The notes under the pieces: generated by a model
Seen by the model: the letters and a program-made list of their open reading frames with translations, nothing else
Database searches by the model: none
What the model was told of the DNA's origin: nothing
IMG/VR virus record: IMGVR_UViG_3300047157_000073
Coordinates: 32,001-96,000 of that record
Origin: a virus
Direction: 5' to 3' (one strand)
DNA: 64,000 nt
Shown here: in pieces, positions 31,648 through 43,388 of the stretch
How the letters are laid out: each line of letters opens with the position of its first letter
Position numbering within the stretch: the stretch's first letter is position 1
Translations under genes and position numbers: made by a program

Positions 31648-32352
31648 ATGTCTAAAAATTATGACTTTACCTTTGCCCAACGGGAAGAAGGTTTTGATGA
31701 CCATATAGAACATTCGATTCGTGGATATACAAACTTACTAGAAGATGTAATTAGTCTATCTAGAAACTTTGTAGAAGATGAAACAAATGTTGTTGATATT
31801 GGTTGTTCAACAGGAAAATTAACAGAGGCCTTTGTAAAAGGTAATCAATCATTTTGTAAGTATGCTAATTATGTTGGTATAGAACTTGCTCCTAGTTTCT
31901 TCACAGAACTTGACGCAAGACATGAAAGAATGAAAAATGAATACTATTGGGCAAATGTTAATTTTGAAAAGAAAGATGTTCGTAATTACAAATTTGAAAA
32001 TTGTAGTTTAGTAACATCAATATTTACATTACAATTTATGCCTAGAAAAGATAGATTTAATGTATTACAAAATATATACAATGGACTAAATCATGGTGGT
32101 GCTTTTATCTTCGCAGAAAAAACAGTTTGTGATGATTCAAGATTACAAGAAATGATAACTTTTAATTTTTATGATTATAAAAGAAAACATTTCGAAGCAT
32201 CAGATATTTTAGAAAAAGAAAAAACATTAAGGAACATGTTAAAACCTAATACTTGGAAAGAGTTAGAAGGTATGTTAGAATGTGCTGGATTTAAAACTGC
32301 ACAACCATTCTGGCGTAATCATATGTTCGTTGGTGCAATTGCAATTAAGTAG
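31648..32352 (+). CDS. cmoA: CmoA-like carboxy-SAM synthase / SAM-dependent transferase
   Basis: FDDHIEHSIRGY, DIGCSTG, FTLQF, GGAFIFAEK, AGF..A..FW. Confidence 0.8.
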   Translation: MSKNYDFTFAQREEGFDDHIEHSIRGYTNLLEDVISLSRNFVEDETNVVDIGCSTGKLTEAFVKGNQSFCKYANYVGIELAPSFFTELDARHERMKNEYYWANVNFEKKDVRNYKFENCSLVTSIFTLQFMPRKDRFNVLQNIYNGLNHGGAFIFAEKTVCDDSRLQEMITFNFYDYKRKHFEASDILEKEKTLRNMLKPNTWKELEGMLECAGFKTAQPFWRNHMFVGAIAIK

Positions 32353-32361
32353 GGTACAATT

Positions 32362-33380
32362 ATGAATGACTTTTTAAAAGATGTTATCAAAGAAACGGGT
32401 AACGAATATGCAGGAATAGTTTCAGATGGTGTAGAGGCTGGAGATGTAGAGAACTTTATAGATACAGGTTCTCATATATTTAATGGATTAATCTCTGGTT
32501 CACTCTATGGTGGACTTCCACAAAATAAGATTACTGCTCTGGCAGGAGAAAGTGCAACAGGTAAAACTTTCTTTCTCATGGGTATGGTTAAAAACTTTCT
32601 AGACCAAAATCCAAACTCTGGTGTTGTATACTTTGAATCAGAAAGTGCAATCACAAAACAGATGGTTGTTGATAGAGGTATAGATGCAAATAGAATGGTG
32701 ATAATGCCAGTAACAACTGTACAAGAGTTTAGACATCAAGCATTAAAAGTATTAGATAGATACATGCAACAAGATGTAGATATCGAAGACCACTCTTTAT
32801 ATGTTTAGATTCACTTGGTATGTTATCAACTACAAAAGAAGTAGAAGATACAGAGGCAGGAAAAGAAACTAGAGATATGTCAAGAGCACAAATACTCAAA
32901 GCTGCATTTAGAGTTTTAACTTTAAAACTTGGAAAAGCAAAAGTACCAATGGTTGTAACCAATCATACATATGATGTAATTGGTTCAATGTTCCCAACTA
33001 AAGAAATGGGTGGTGGTAGTGGATTGAAGTATGCTGCTTCAAGTATCATATATCTTTCAAAGAAAAAATTTAAAGATGGTACAGAAGTAATTGGTAATAT
33101 CATTCATTGTAAGAATCATAAGTCAAGATTGACTATGGAAAATAAAATGGTTGATGTTTTACTAACTTATGACAAAGGACTTGATAAGTATTATGGACTA
33201 CTTGACTTGGCAGTGGCACATGGAATATTTAAACAAGTATCCACTCGTATTGAATTACCAGATGGTACTAAACAATATGCTAAAACAATTAACAATGACC
33301 CAGAAAAATATTTCACAAAAGAGGTTATGGAAAAATTAGAAGAAGCTGCATTAAAAGAATTTAAATATGGAAACGAATGA
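32362..33380 (+). CDS. uvsX: RecA-like recombinase UvsX (frameshift near 32785)
   Basis: [31 protein letters not shown]. Confidence 0.95.
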
Positions 33381-33922
33381 TAGGTTTAATTAAAACATAT
33401 GATAATACACTTGATACTCAATCTTGTAATAATTTAATAGATAAGTTTGAACAATTTAAAAATCAACATGAATCATTTGATGATAGAGGAATAGTCTTTA
33501 CACAACTGAATATGGCAAAGGCATCTCAGATTTGGAAAACAGAAATAGAAAAATATACAGAAATTTTTCAAAATAGTTTTACAACTTATTTGACAGACTT
33601 AGAAATTTCACCACAACAAATGCCAAGTAAATATATGTGGGAACCTATTCGAATAAAAAGATATTTACCGAATGACCATGATGAATTTAAACCACATGTA
33701 GATGTAAATTCAAAACAAACATCTACAAGATTTTTAGTTTTCTTTATATATCTTTCAGATAATGAAGAAGGCAAAACTACTTTTCCACAATTAGATAGTT
33801 ATGCTGAATGTAAGAAAGGTAGTTTATTAATGTTTCCACCTATGTGGCCATGGCTACATGCTGGAACAAAACCAATAAAGGAAGCAAAATATATAATGCA
33901 GACTTATTTACACTATGTCTAA
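33377..33922 (+). CDS. 2OG-Fe(II) oxygenase
   Basis: [27 protein letters not shown]. Confidence 0.85.
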   Translation: MIGLIKTYDNTLDTQSCNNLIDKFEQFKNQHESFDDRGIVFTQLNMAKASQIWKTEIEKYTEIFQNSFTTYLTDLEISPQQMPSKYMWEPIRIKRYLPNDHDEFKPHVDVNSKQTSTRFLVFFIYLSDNEEGKTTFPQLDSYAECKKGSLLMFPPMWPWLHAGTKPIKEAKYIMQTYLHYV

Positions 33923-34214
33923 TATTAAAGAATCATATGTTTTTGTAGAAAGTAAAGCACAAGACCAAACTTGTATTGGTATCAAGGGTGGAAAGTTTGC
34001 TGGTGTAATTTATAAGTATGGAAAAGTTTCACTTGGTGAAGAAACAGAAGATGGTAATATGCCATTTAAATTTGAATTTGATATCATAGATAATAATTCA
34101 GTGCCGAGAGAAAATTTTGGAGATGATTGGTCAAATTTAATAGGTGATATTTTAATAGATATAATTGAGGAACAATATGCAGAATCAGACAATAGAAAGG
34201 ACAACTCTAACTAA
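33915..34214 (+). CDS. conserved hypothetical protein at the gp40-like position
   Basis: GVIYKYGKV, F.FDI, IGDILIDII; immediately upstream of gp41. Confidence 0.7.
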   Translation: MSNIKESYVFVESKAQDQTCIGIKGGKFAGVIYKYGKVSLGEETEDGNMPFKFEFDIIDNNSVPRENFGDDWSNLIGDILIDIIEEQYAESDNRKDNSN

Positions 34215-35654
34215 TCTTCTAAACAACGAAGAATATTCTAGAAAGGTTTTACCATTTATAAAACCAGAATACTTTGATGTTAAAGAAGAAAGAATAATCT
34301 TTGATGAGATACAAAAGTTTGTAGACAAGTATAATAAGATACCAACTCAAACATCATTAGAAATAGAAGTTAGTACAAGGAAAGATTTAAATGATGTAGA
34401 ACATAAAAAGATTGTTGAGATAATTAAAACTCTCAAAAAAGAAACTATAGATTTTGATTGGTTAGTAGATACAACAGAAAAGTTTGTCAAAGATAAAGCA
34501 ATCTATAATGCAATCGTAGAAGGTGTTGGTATTATAGATGGTAAGTCTAAAGATAAAACACCAGAAGCAATCCCACACATTTTAACAGAGGCACTTGCAG
34601 TATCTTTTGACAATTCTGTTGGACATGATTATCTAGAAGATTCTGAATCAAGATTTGATTACTATCATCATAAAGAAGAAAGGATACCATTTGATTTAGA
34701 ATTCTTTAACAAGATTACTAAAGGTGGACTTCCACCAAAGACTTTAAATATTGCATTGGCAGGAACAGGTGTAGGTAAATCATTGTTCATGTGTCATCAA
34801 GCTGCAAACTGTTTATCACAAGGAAAGAATGTTTTATATATTTCATTAGAAATGGCAGAAGAAAGAATTGCAGAAAGAATAGATGCCAATATGATGAATA
34901 TCAGTATACCAGATTTACATGACTTACCTAAGAAAATGTTTGATGATAAGATTACAAGATTACAAAAGAAAGCAAAAGGTAAATTAATTATCAAAGAGTA
35001 TCCAACTGCATCCGCACATAGTGGTCACTTTCAGAGGACTACTGAAAGAACTTGCAATTAAGAAATCTTTCAAACCAGATATTATCTTTATTGATTATTT
35101 AAACATCTGTGCATCAAGTAGATTTAAGGCAGGCAGTTCTATGAACTCTTATACAATCATTAAATCTATTGCAGAAGAACTCAGAGGACTTGCAGTAGAA
35201 ACAAATGTACCTATTATGTCTGCAACACAAACGACAAGAAGTGGATTCTCTAATACAGATGTTGGACTAGAAGATACATCAGAAAGTTTTGGATTACCTG
35301 CAACGGCTGACTTAATGTTTGCATTGATATCTACAGATGAACTAGAAGAACTGAATCAAATCTGTGTCAAACAATTAAAGAACAGATACAATGACCCTAC
35401 AATGAATAAGAGATTCATCATTGGAATAGATAGAAACAAAATGAAACTATTTGATGTAGAACTCAAAGCACAAGATGAACTTGTAGACCATGGTCAATAT
35501 GTTACACCTATTGCAGATAAAGGACAAGGATTCGGTAAAGGACACAGGCCCTAATCTATCTGGTAGACCAGATGATGTAAATCCATTCTCAAAAACAGGT
35601 CAAGAACAATCCAAAGAAGACAAATATGACAAATTCTCTAAGTTAAAAGTTTGA
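34177..35654 (+). CDS. gp41: replicative helicase gp41 (frameshifts near 35030 and 35545)
   Basis: AGTGVGKS, SLEMAE, IKEYPT, IDYLNI, SATQTTR, ESFGLPATAD, QLKNRY. Confidence 0.96.
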
Positions 35655-35693
35655 TAAATAGAAACATATAACTATATTTAAATGGAGAAATTG

Positions 35694-37179
35694 ATGTCAT
35701 TACAGACGCTCTATGGAGCAGTTAAGACCTGCTCGTACTCAAAAGATAGACTTACAAGAAAAGGTTCAAATACTTTTAACAGAGGAATCTGAAAAGTTTT
35801 CTACTGCTATGGAAAATGTCATTGGTGCATGTTACGAGGCAGCATCTCAACCTGCCAATCAAAAAGAGGCTAAAATGAACGCCTTGATAAAAAAATTTAG
35901 TAAAGATTTTAATAATACCAGCACTGTTCATAAGGGAGAAGACCAAGTAAAAAATTGTCTTGCGTTTGGAGAAAAAATTAAAAATGCACTGCCTGGTAAG
36001 GGTGACGGAAAATTTGCGGTACAAACAAAAGGAACAATTACAGCAGATTGGAAAAAATGGGGTGGTAAAAACAATACATCTAAAACAGACATAGTGATAG
36101 GTAAATTTAAATGTTCAGTAAAAAATGCAGATGGTGCTCAACTTATGAGTGCAAAGTCTGGTGAATCTATTGCTACTGCTGAAGCTGCAGCAGAAGAAAT
36201 AAATGGAACTAAAAATCCAATACCTGCAAAAACATTAAGTGGTTTAACAGCTGCTATGGATGAGTTGGCACAATTTACATCAGAAGGTTATTATGCATCT
36301 ATGGATAATTTAAGAGCATTAAAAGAGAAAGGACAAGGTAAAACATTAATAAAATATTTAGAAAAAAAACAAAAAGATTATGAAAAAGATTTAGAAAAAT
36401 GGGAAAATAGTGGTGGATTAAAAAAAGATAAACCTAAAGGTTTAACTGCAACAGAAAAGAAAATATTGGCAAATAAAGAAAAGGCATCAGAATATAAAAC
36501 TGTTTTAAAAGGTATAAATGCTGAATTTATGGAAAATGTAGATGGTATCTTTAAACAAAATCAAGATAAAGTTAAAAAATTATTAATAAAAGCATTTGAT
36601 ACTAAAGGTGATTATAAATTAGCATTTGTTCACGAGGCAGCAACAGGTAAAAGAAAGTTTGGAACTGATACAGTACAATATGCAGATTACTTATTAAGTT
36701 GGAGAAAAAAATCAAATATTGCTGATTTTGATGTTGATGTTGAAAGTGTTGGAAAAAGAACAGATTCTTTAATCAAAAAATATGCAAAACAAATAGATTT
36801 ACAAGTAAATTGGAAGTCATCATCTACAACAAAACATGATGGTTATAATTTATATCAAAATGTCCGTCTAGGAGTAAAATCAGCACAAAGTAAAGTAGAA
36901 AAACAAGAAGAAAGTTTTCATCAAAAGATAGATGAATATCAAATGCAATTAAATGAAGGTTTAATAACCGAAGTTTGGTTATGGGATAAGATAAAAGAAT
37001 TAACTCAAAAATTCATGGAAAATATCAAAGGAATATGGAATGGTATTAAAAAATATTTACAACAGGTATTTGAAAAAATTACAGAATTTGCTAGTGAGGG
37101 TATAGAAGCTTTATCAAATGGATTAGGATTTGAAATAGAAACTAATGAACCACTTGAAGGTGTAAATTTAAAACTGTGA
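35694..37179 (+). CDS. hypothetical protein, possible PD-(D/E)XK-like nuclease / internal head protein
   Basis: 488-aa ORF 35713-37179, probable true start 35694 with a frameshift; SKTDIV...CSVK; GATAAATA at 35653. Confidence 0.6.
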
Positions 37180-38425
37180 ATAATCTAGCAGAACAATTAT
37201 TATTCGAAGATAAAGGTGGAAAGAACCTTCATCTAGAACACATAGAAGATGAGATACTTAACTATGGTATCACAGGTGGTCGTGCATCTATAAACTTTAT
37301 ACAGTCACTAAGAGATATGTTTGCTGGTGCAAGTCGTTCATCTATTAACATGACAGTTAAGTGGGATGGTGCTCCTGCAGTCTTTGCTGGAGTAGACCCA
37401 GCAGATGGTAAGTTTTTTGTAGGAAAGAAATCAGTCTTTAATGTAGAACCACAACTCTATAAAACAGATGCAGATGTAGACAAATACACATCTGGTGATT
37501 TAAATAAAAAACTTAAAGTTGCTTTATCAGAGTTTTCAAAATTAGGTATCAAAGGAGTTTTACAAGGTGACTTAATGTTTACAGATGATGTATCTACAGA
37601 TACTATAGATGGTAAGAAGTATTATACATTCCAACCAAACACTATTGTTTACGCAGTAGATGTTGATTCAGATTTTGGAAGTCAAATTAAAAAAGCAAAG
37701 ATTGGTGTGGTATGGCATACAACATATACAGGTAAAGAATTACAAGATATGAAAGCATCTTTTGGAGTAAACATATCAGGTCTTAAATGATGTATCTAGT
37801 GTATGGCAAGATGATGCAACATTTAAAGATGTATCAGGTAGTGCAACAATGACAGAAAAAGAAACAGCAGCTATAACTGCTGAGTTATCCACTGCTGGTA
37901 AAACATTTCAAAAAATTAACTCATCTATGTTAACTAAGTTTTTAAATTTACAAAATAGTTTTACTGGTGCAATGGTATCAGCAGGATTAAAGACATATAA
38001 TAATATTAGTGTTAGACAAGGTAAACCAATAAACAAATCCTAAGGCACATGCTCAAGGTTATGTTAAACATGTAGTATGATAAGTACAAGACAAAGTAAA
38101 AGATTCAAAAAGTAAAGCTGGAAAAGACAAATATAAAAACTTACAAAAAGAGTATACTAGAGAAGTAAATAAACATGTTAAAAACTTAACAGAAATAATT
38201 ACATTTCAAAATGCGATTGTAAAAGCAAAAATGTTAATAGTAAAAAAATTAAATCGTGTTAAAAGTATTGGAACATTTATTAAAACAGATAATGGATTTA
38301 AAGTATCAAACCCAGAGGGGTATGTTGCAATAGATAGAGTGTCTGGTAATGCTGTAAAATTAGTAGATAGAATGGAGTTTAGTTATAATAACTTTACTGC
38401 TATCAAAGCATGGGATAAGTCATAA
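37176..38425 (+). CDS. conserved T4-like protein with ligase/nucleotidyltransferase-like KWDG motif (DUF6267-like), frameshifted
   Basis: KNLHLEHIED, TVKWDGAPA, LQGDLMF, FQPNTIVY, PEGYVA, KLVDRMEFS. Confidence 0.8.
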
Positions 38426-38805
38426 TGAAAAAATTTAAAGAACATCTACAAGAAAAAGCAACATATGAATTTGGTGGAATTTATGAACCTAAAGGTATCA
38501 AAGATATCAAAACATATGAAAATCCAAATATTAATATAACTGGTATGGCAACATATGATTTAGAAACTATAACAAATATGATAACAAGAAAACTTTTAGA
38601 ATTAACTAAAGAGGCAAGAACATTAGAAAAGGATGCTAAAAAAGATGCCAAACTTTTTAGATATGGTTCATATAGAACTATGCAAAATAAAATAGAGAGT
38701 AATTTAAAATACTTTATTGGAGCTATGGCTGATGTTGAAAGTCAAATGACAACACCAGCAATGAAAGCAAAAGGAACTAAACTAGGGTCTAAAAAATACA
38801 AATGA
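38425..38805 (+). CDS. hypothetical protein with capsid-targeting-like N-terminus
   Basis: MKKFKEHLQEKA. Confidence 0.6.
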   Translation: MKKFKEHLQEKATYEFGGIYEPKGIKDIKTYENPNINITGMATYDLETITNMITRKLLELTKEARTLEKDAKKDAKLFRYGSYRTMQNKIESNLKYFIGAMADVESQMTTPAMKAKGTKLGSKKYK

Positions 38806-41297
38806 AGAGATTTATAGATTTACAAGAAGCAACAGGAACAGTATCATTTACTTTTGGTAGATTTAATCCACCAACGACTGGTCATGAAAAACTATGTGAT
38901 GCTGTAAAGAAAGCAAATCCTAGTGATTATAAAATCTTTGCTTCTCAATCACAGAATCCTAAGAAAGACCCATTACAATATGCAAAGAAAATTGCATATA
39001 TGAAAAAGTCATTTCCTAAACATAAAAGAAATATTGTAGTATCAAAGTCTAGAAACATTTTTGAAATACTAGTAGAACTAAACAGTTATGAAAATCTTAT
39101 TATGGTTGTAGGTTCTGATAGAGTGGCAGAATTTAAAAAAATAATTGACACATATAATGGTGTTAAAGCAAGACATGGATTCTATGAATATAAAACAGTA
39201 AAAGTATTAAGTGCTGGAGAAAGGGACCCAGATGCTGAAGGTGTAGAGGAATGTCTGCATCTAAAATGAGAGCAGCTGCAGTCGATAGTGATTTTGATTC
39301 TTTTAAATTAGGAACACCATTAAACGATACACAGGCTAAAAAATTATATTTTGATGTTCGTAAGTCTATGGGTATCAGAGAAGAATTAAATTTATCTGAT
39401 TTAGAAACACTAAGAGAATTATATCTTTCAGAGCAAATTTGGAATGTTGGTGATTTAATAGAGTAAAAGGTAAAAATGATAATACATATCCAACATGGGA
39501 AATTATTCGTAGAGGTACAAACTATGTAACTATTATAGATGAGAATTACAAATCTCATAAAGTATGGTTACATGATATAGACATTACAGAAGTTAAACAA
39601 GATAAAGAAATTAAAGATAGAGATGGCACTCAACCTGCTAAGTATTATGGAAGTAAGATTGCAAAATCTACAAAAACTAAAAGAGCAGCTCAGTTTAAGA
39701 AACAGACTAAAATGGATGATGATGACCCAGATGCTTACAAACCAGCACCAGGCGATGCAACAGGAAAAACTAAACCATCTAAACATACTAAAAAGTTTAA
39801 ACAGATGTTTGGTGAAGATGGTCCATGTTGGGATTCACATAAACAAGTAGGTACTAAAATGAAAAAATGGTAAGAGAGTACCTAACTGTGTTCCAAAAGA
39901 AGACAATGCTAGAATTCCTAGAAAGAAAGGACAACCAGCAGGAAGTGATAAACATTCAGACTTGTATACAGATGAGAACCCAGAGGGTACAATTCAAGGA
40001 CTAGGATTTAAAGATGTAGAAACTGCAAAGTCAAGTGTTGCAAAGATTGAAAGGTCTGATAGAACACATGCACATAAAATACAAGCTGCAGTTGCAATGG
40101 AACAGAGAGCAAAAGAAATGGGTAAGAACTGCTGAAGCTGCAATCTATCGTACATACATTGAGAAGATGAAAAAGAAAACTAAAAGAATGAGAGAGTTTA
40201 CAGAGTTTATGTATGAGAAGGCACCTGATACAGCAGATGCAATGAAAAGATATAAAGCAGGAAAGGCTGGATTTACAGATATCGCACATCTCAAAGCAAA
40301 AGGATTAATTAAGAGGGCCGATGGTACAAAAAGAAAATCTGAAATGAAAGAGGAGTTTCAATTCTATCCAAAAGATTTAGAAGACTATATTCAAATACCA
40401 GACTTTCCTAAAGATGATATGCAAAGAGAAATGTCAATTATTAGAAAAGCAATAAACACAAGAACTGATAAAGATGTAGAGAGTGTTGCAAACAATGATG
40501 AAGATTCTTTCTACTCAATCAAAAAGTATCTGAAAAAAATGAAAGTAGAATTTCATGAGAACGAGTTAAGAGATATTGTACAACAAGCAGTTCCTACAAT
40601 TAGATATTTTAAAAACAAGTTTAATCGTAAAAGACCTTTTGAGATAGATGGTAATCTAGATGTATTAGGAAGTAAGACAAATAAAACTAGGTCATATCCT
40701 AGTGGACATTCTACACAGGCAATGATTGTTGCTTTATATGTGGCAAGAAAGTTTCCAAAACATAGAGATGGTCTTATGGAGGCTGCAAAAGAAGTTGGAA
40801 TGGGTAGAGTAAAAGCTGGATTCCATTTTATATCTGACCATGTTGCTGGCCAGATGTTAGGAACAAAAATGTTTGAGATGATGAACAAAGCAGATTATGG
40901 AAAGTCTTTAAGAGAATATTATCTAATGGGAACACCTGAGTATGATGAAGTATCTTAAGAAAGTTAACACCAGGTGAAAAGGCAGAAGAAAATACTAAAT
41001 GAGTGGGGTGAAATAGATGAGGATGCTGAGTATCAAGGAAGAAAAGTCAAACTAAATAATCCAACAAAAGGTGATATCAAAAAATTTAAAGTATATGTGA
41101 GAAATGATAAGGGTAATGTAATCAAAGTAGAGTTTGGTGACCCTAATATGGATATCAAAAGAGATAGCCCAGAAAGACTTAAAGCATTCAGAGCAAGACA
41201 TAATTGTGACCAAAAGAAAGATAAGACCACGGCAGGATATTGGTCTTGTAAGTTTTGGGAGAAAGGAAAAACTGTGACAGACTTAATGAAAGGATAA
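38802..41297 (+). CDS. multidomain protein: cytidyltransferase-like domain + small modules + PAP2 phosphatase + Cys/His module (several frameshifts)
   Basis: FTFGRFNPPTTGH, VVGSDR, MSASKMR; CW...VPNCV; K..RP/SYPSGH/R..AG.H..D; FRARHNC..YWSC. Confidence 0.7.
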
Positions 41298-41305
41298 ATA
41301 CTATA

Positions 41306-43388
41306 ATGGATACATTAAACGAAAAAATTGAAGGATTAGTCAAGAAAGCTGAGAAGTCTAAAATGCCATATGGTATACTCAAAAAAGTATATGATAGAGG
41401 TATGGCTGCTTGGAAAACGGGGCATAGACCTGGTACAACCCCACAACAATGGGCCTTTGCAAGAGTGAATTCGTTTATTACAAAATCATCTGGTACATGG
41501 GGTAAGGCAGATGCAGATTTAGCAAAACAAGTTAGAGGTGAAGAAGTGGAAAAAAGAACAACTGCAAAAAGTATGTTAGGACAAGTTAAAGAAGCCAGAT
41601 ATGAAATGAATTTGACAAAGGTGATTTTGGACAAGATAGCAGACCGACCTTATTACTTGCAGATGAAATTCAAAGGTGAATTAGATAGTAAGAAGAATTA
41701 GAGCAAAAGTTAAATCAACTGGTAGTAAAAATATAGAATTTAATACAATATTCCTCAAAGAAAAATGTTAAAAATATTGAAAGATAAATTAGACCTAGAC
41801 TGTTTTTAGAAAAGAAGATATATCAGAAAAACTACCTAAAGATGCTGACGCTGGTGACTATGTAAAAGATTTTAGAAAATCAGATGCTCCACAATTCAAA
41901 GGAAAGTCAGATAAGAAGAAACAGAAGATGGCAATCGCAGCATATCTAGATTCTAAAGAAGAAGTCAAAGAAGAAAAAAGACAACTGAAAGACCCAAAGA
42001 AAGAAACAATGGTTATGAAAGTAAAAGATGCTGGTAGTATACAGGTCATAGATAAAAAAGATTTAGAAAAATTTTTAAGAAAAGGTTACATACAAGTAGA
42101 AGATAATATACAAGAAGAAAATTGCCCAGACTGTAATGAAGACCCATGTAAATGTAAACCATTACAAGAATCAGGTCATACAGATGTGGCATCTATGAAA
42201 ACACAAGTACAGATTGCTAAAGATGCATTAGAAAAAATGAATATAGAATTAGGAAAACTAAGTGATGAAGAAGACCTTCCAACTTGGTGGACAAACAAAG
42301 TTGCAACAGCAGTGGGTAAACTAGATGGGATGGCAGACTACATTGATGCAAAATCAGACCAGGGGCAAAAAATGAATGAAAGTAATTTAACAGAAGAAAA
42401 AGTATTTGTAGTAAGATTTGAAAAGGAAGGCATGAGATTTGCTGTACCATTTAGTGATATGAAAAGGGCAAAGGATGGTGAGAAGATATTAAAAAAATCT
42501 GCTGGAGTTAGTAATGTTAGTGTAACAAAAGATATACTAAAGCCTGGTGTCAGTATGTCTAAATTCAGAACACAACAAGAGGGTAAAATAGTGAAAGAAA
42601 GTAAAATGGGTGAGTTATTCTTAGATATGCAAATGGATGCTCAAGAAATGAGTGAAAGAGATTTCATTAAAACATACTCTAAACAAGGATTCCAAGCAGC
42701 AGAACTAAAAAGAATGCATAAAGAATTCAATGAGGAAGTAGTAAAAGAAGCTGTCGCACAAAATGATGCTTTTATTGTAACTGGTGGACCAGGTGATAAT
42801 GCTCAAAAAGTTATTGCTGTATTTAAAGATAAAGGTAATGGATTAAAGGATGCGAAGAAAGCAAGAGATGATTATAATAAAAAGAATAAACCTACTAAAA
42901 AATCACACTTCGCAAGAATATACAGACAGACTAGATTATCTCAAGCAGGTCAAAGATTAAAACCTGGTGAAAAAATAATGTATTCTACATTTGGTAACAA
43001 ACAACAATTCACTAAAGTAAAAGAAGACATACAAGTAGAAGAAGTAGATAACAGTCTAATGGCACAAGCAACTAGAGTGATATCTCATACATCTATCAAA
43101 GAAAAGATAGACCCTGCTGATGTAGATAATATAGCAACTGCTGATGATAGAAAGGCAGCAGATAAGAATATTATCATTCAATTAAGAAGAGCACAGGATA
43201 TGCAAGGAAAGGCAGATGTTACTTTTAAGGATAAACCTAATAAAAAAGAGAAAATAGATATAAAAGTTATAAATAAAGCTTTAGATATGTTTGATAAAAT
43301 GAGACCAAACGATAAAGCAAAAATGCAAACAACAATAGGTAAGTCATACAGAGATTTACTCAAAACTGTACAAAGGGGGCGAATATGA
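41306..43388 (+). CDS. large modular hypothetical protein, probable internal head polyprotein (frameshifted)
   Basis: ATG 41306 after GATAAATA; VYDRGMAAWKTGHRPGTTPQQWAFARVNSF; FRKSDAPQF..MAIAAY; LPTWWTNKVA; modules separated by xKE-E/xQE-S. Confidence 0.6.

Noticed and set aside
6905-33922. 2OG oxygenases as TET/JBP 5mC dioxygenases working with the MTases
   Set aside because: Motifs look like P4H/TIGR02466 types and none is adjacent to the MTases; cannot be supported without a profile search
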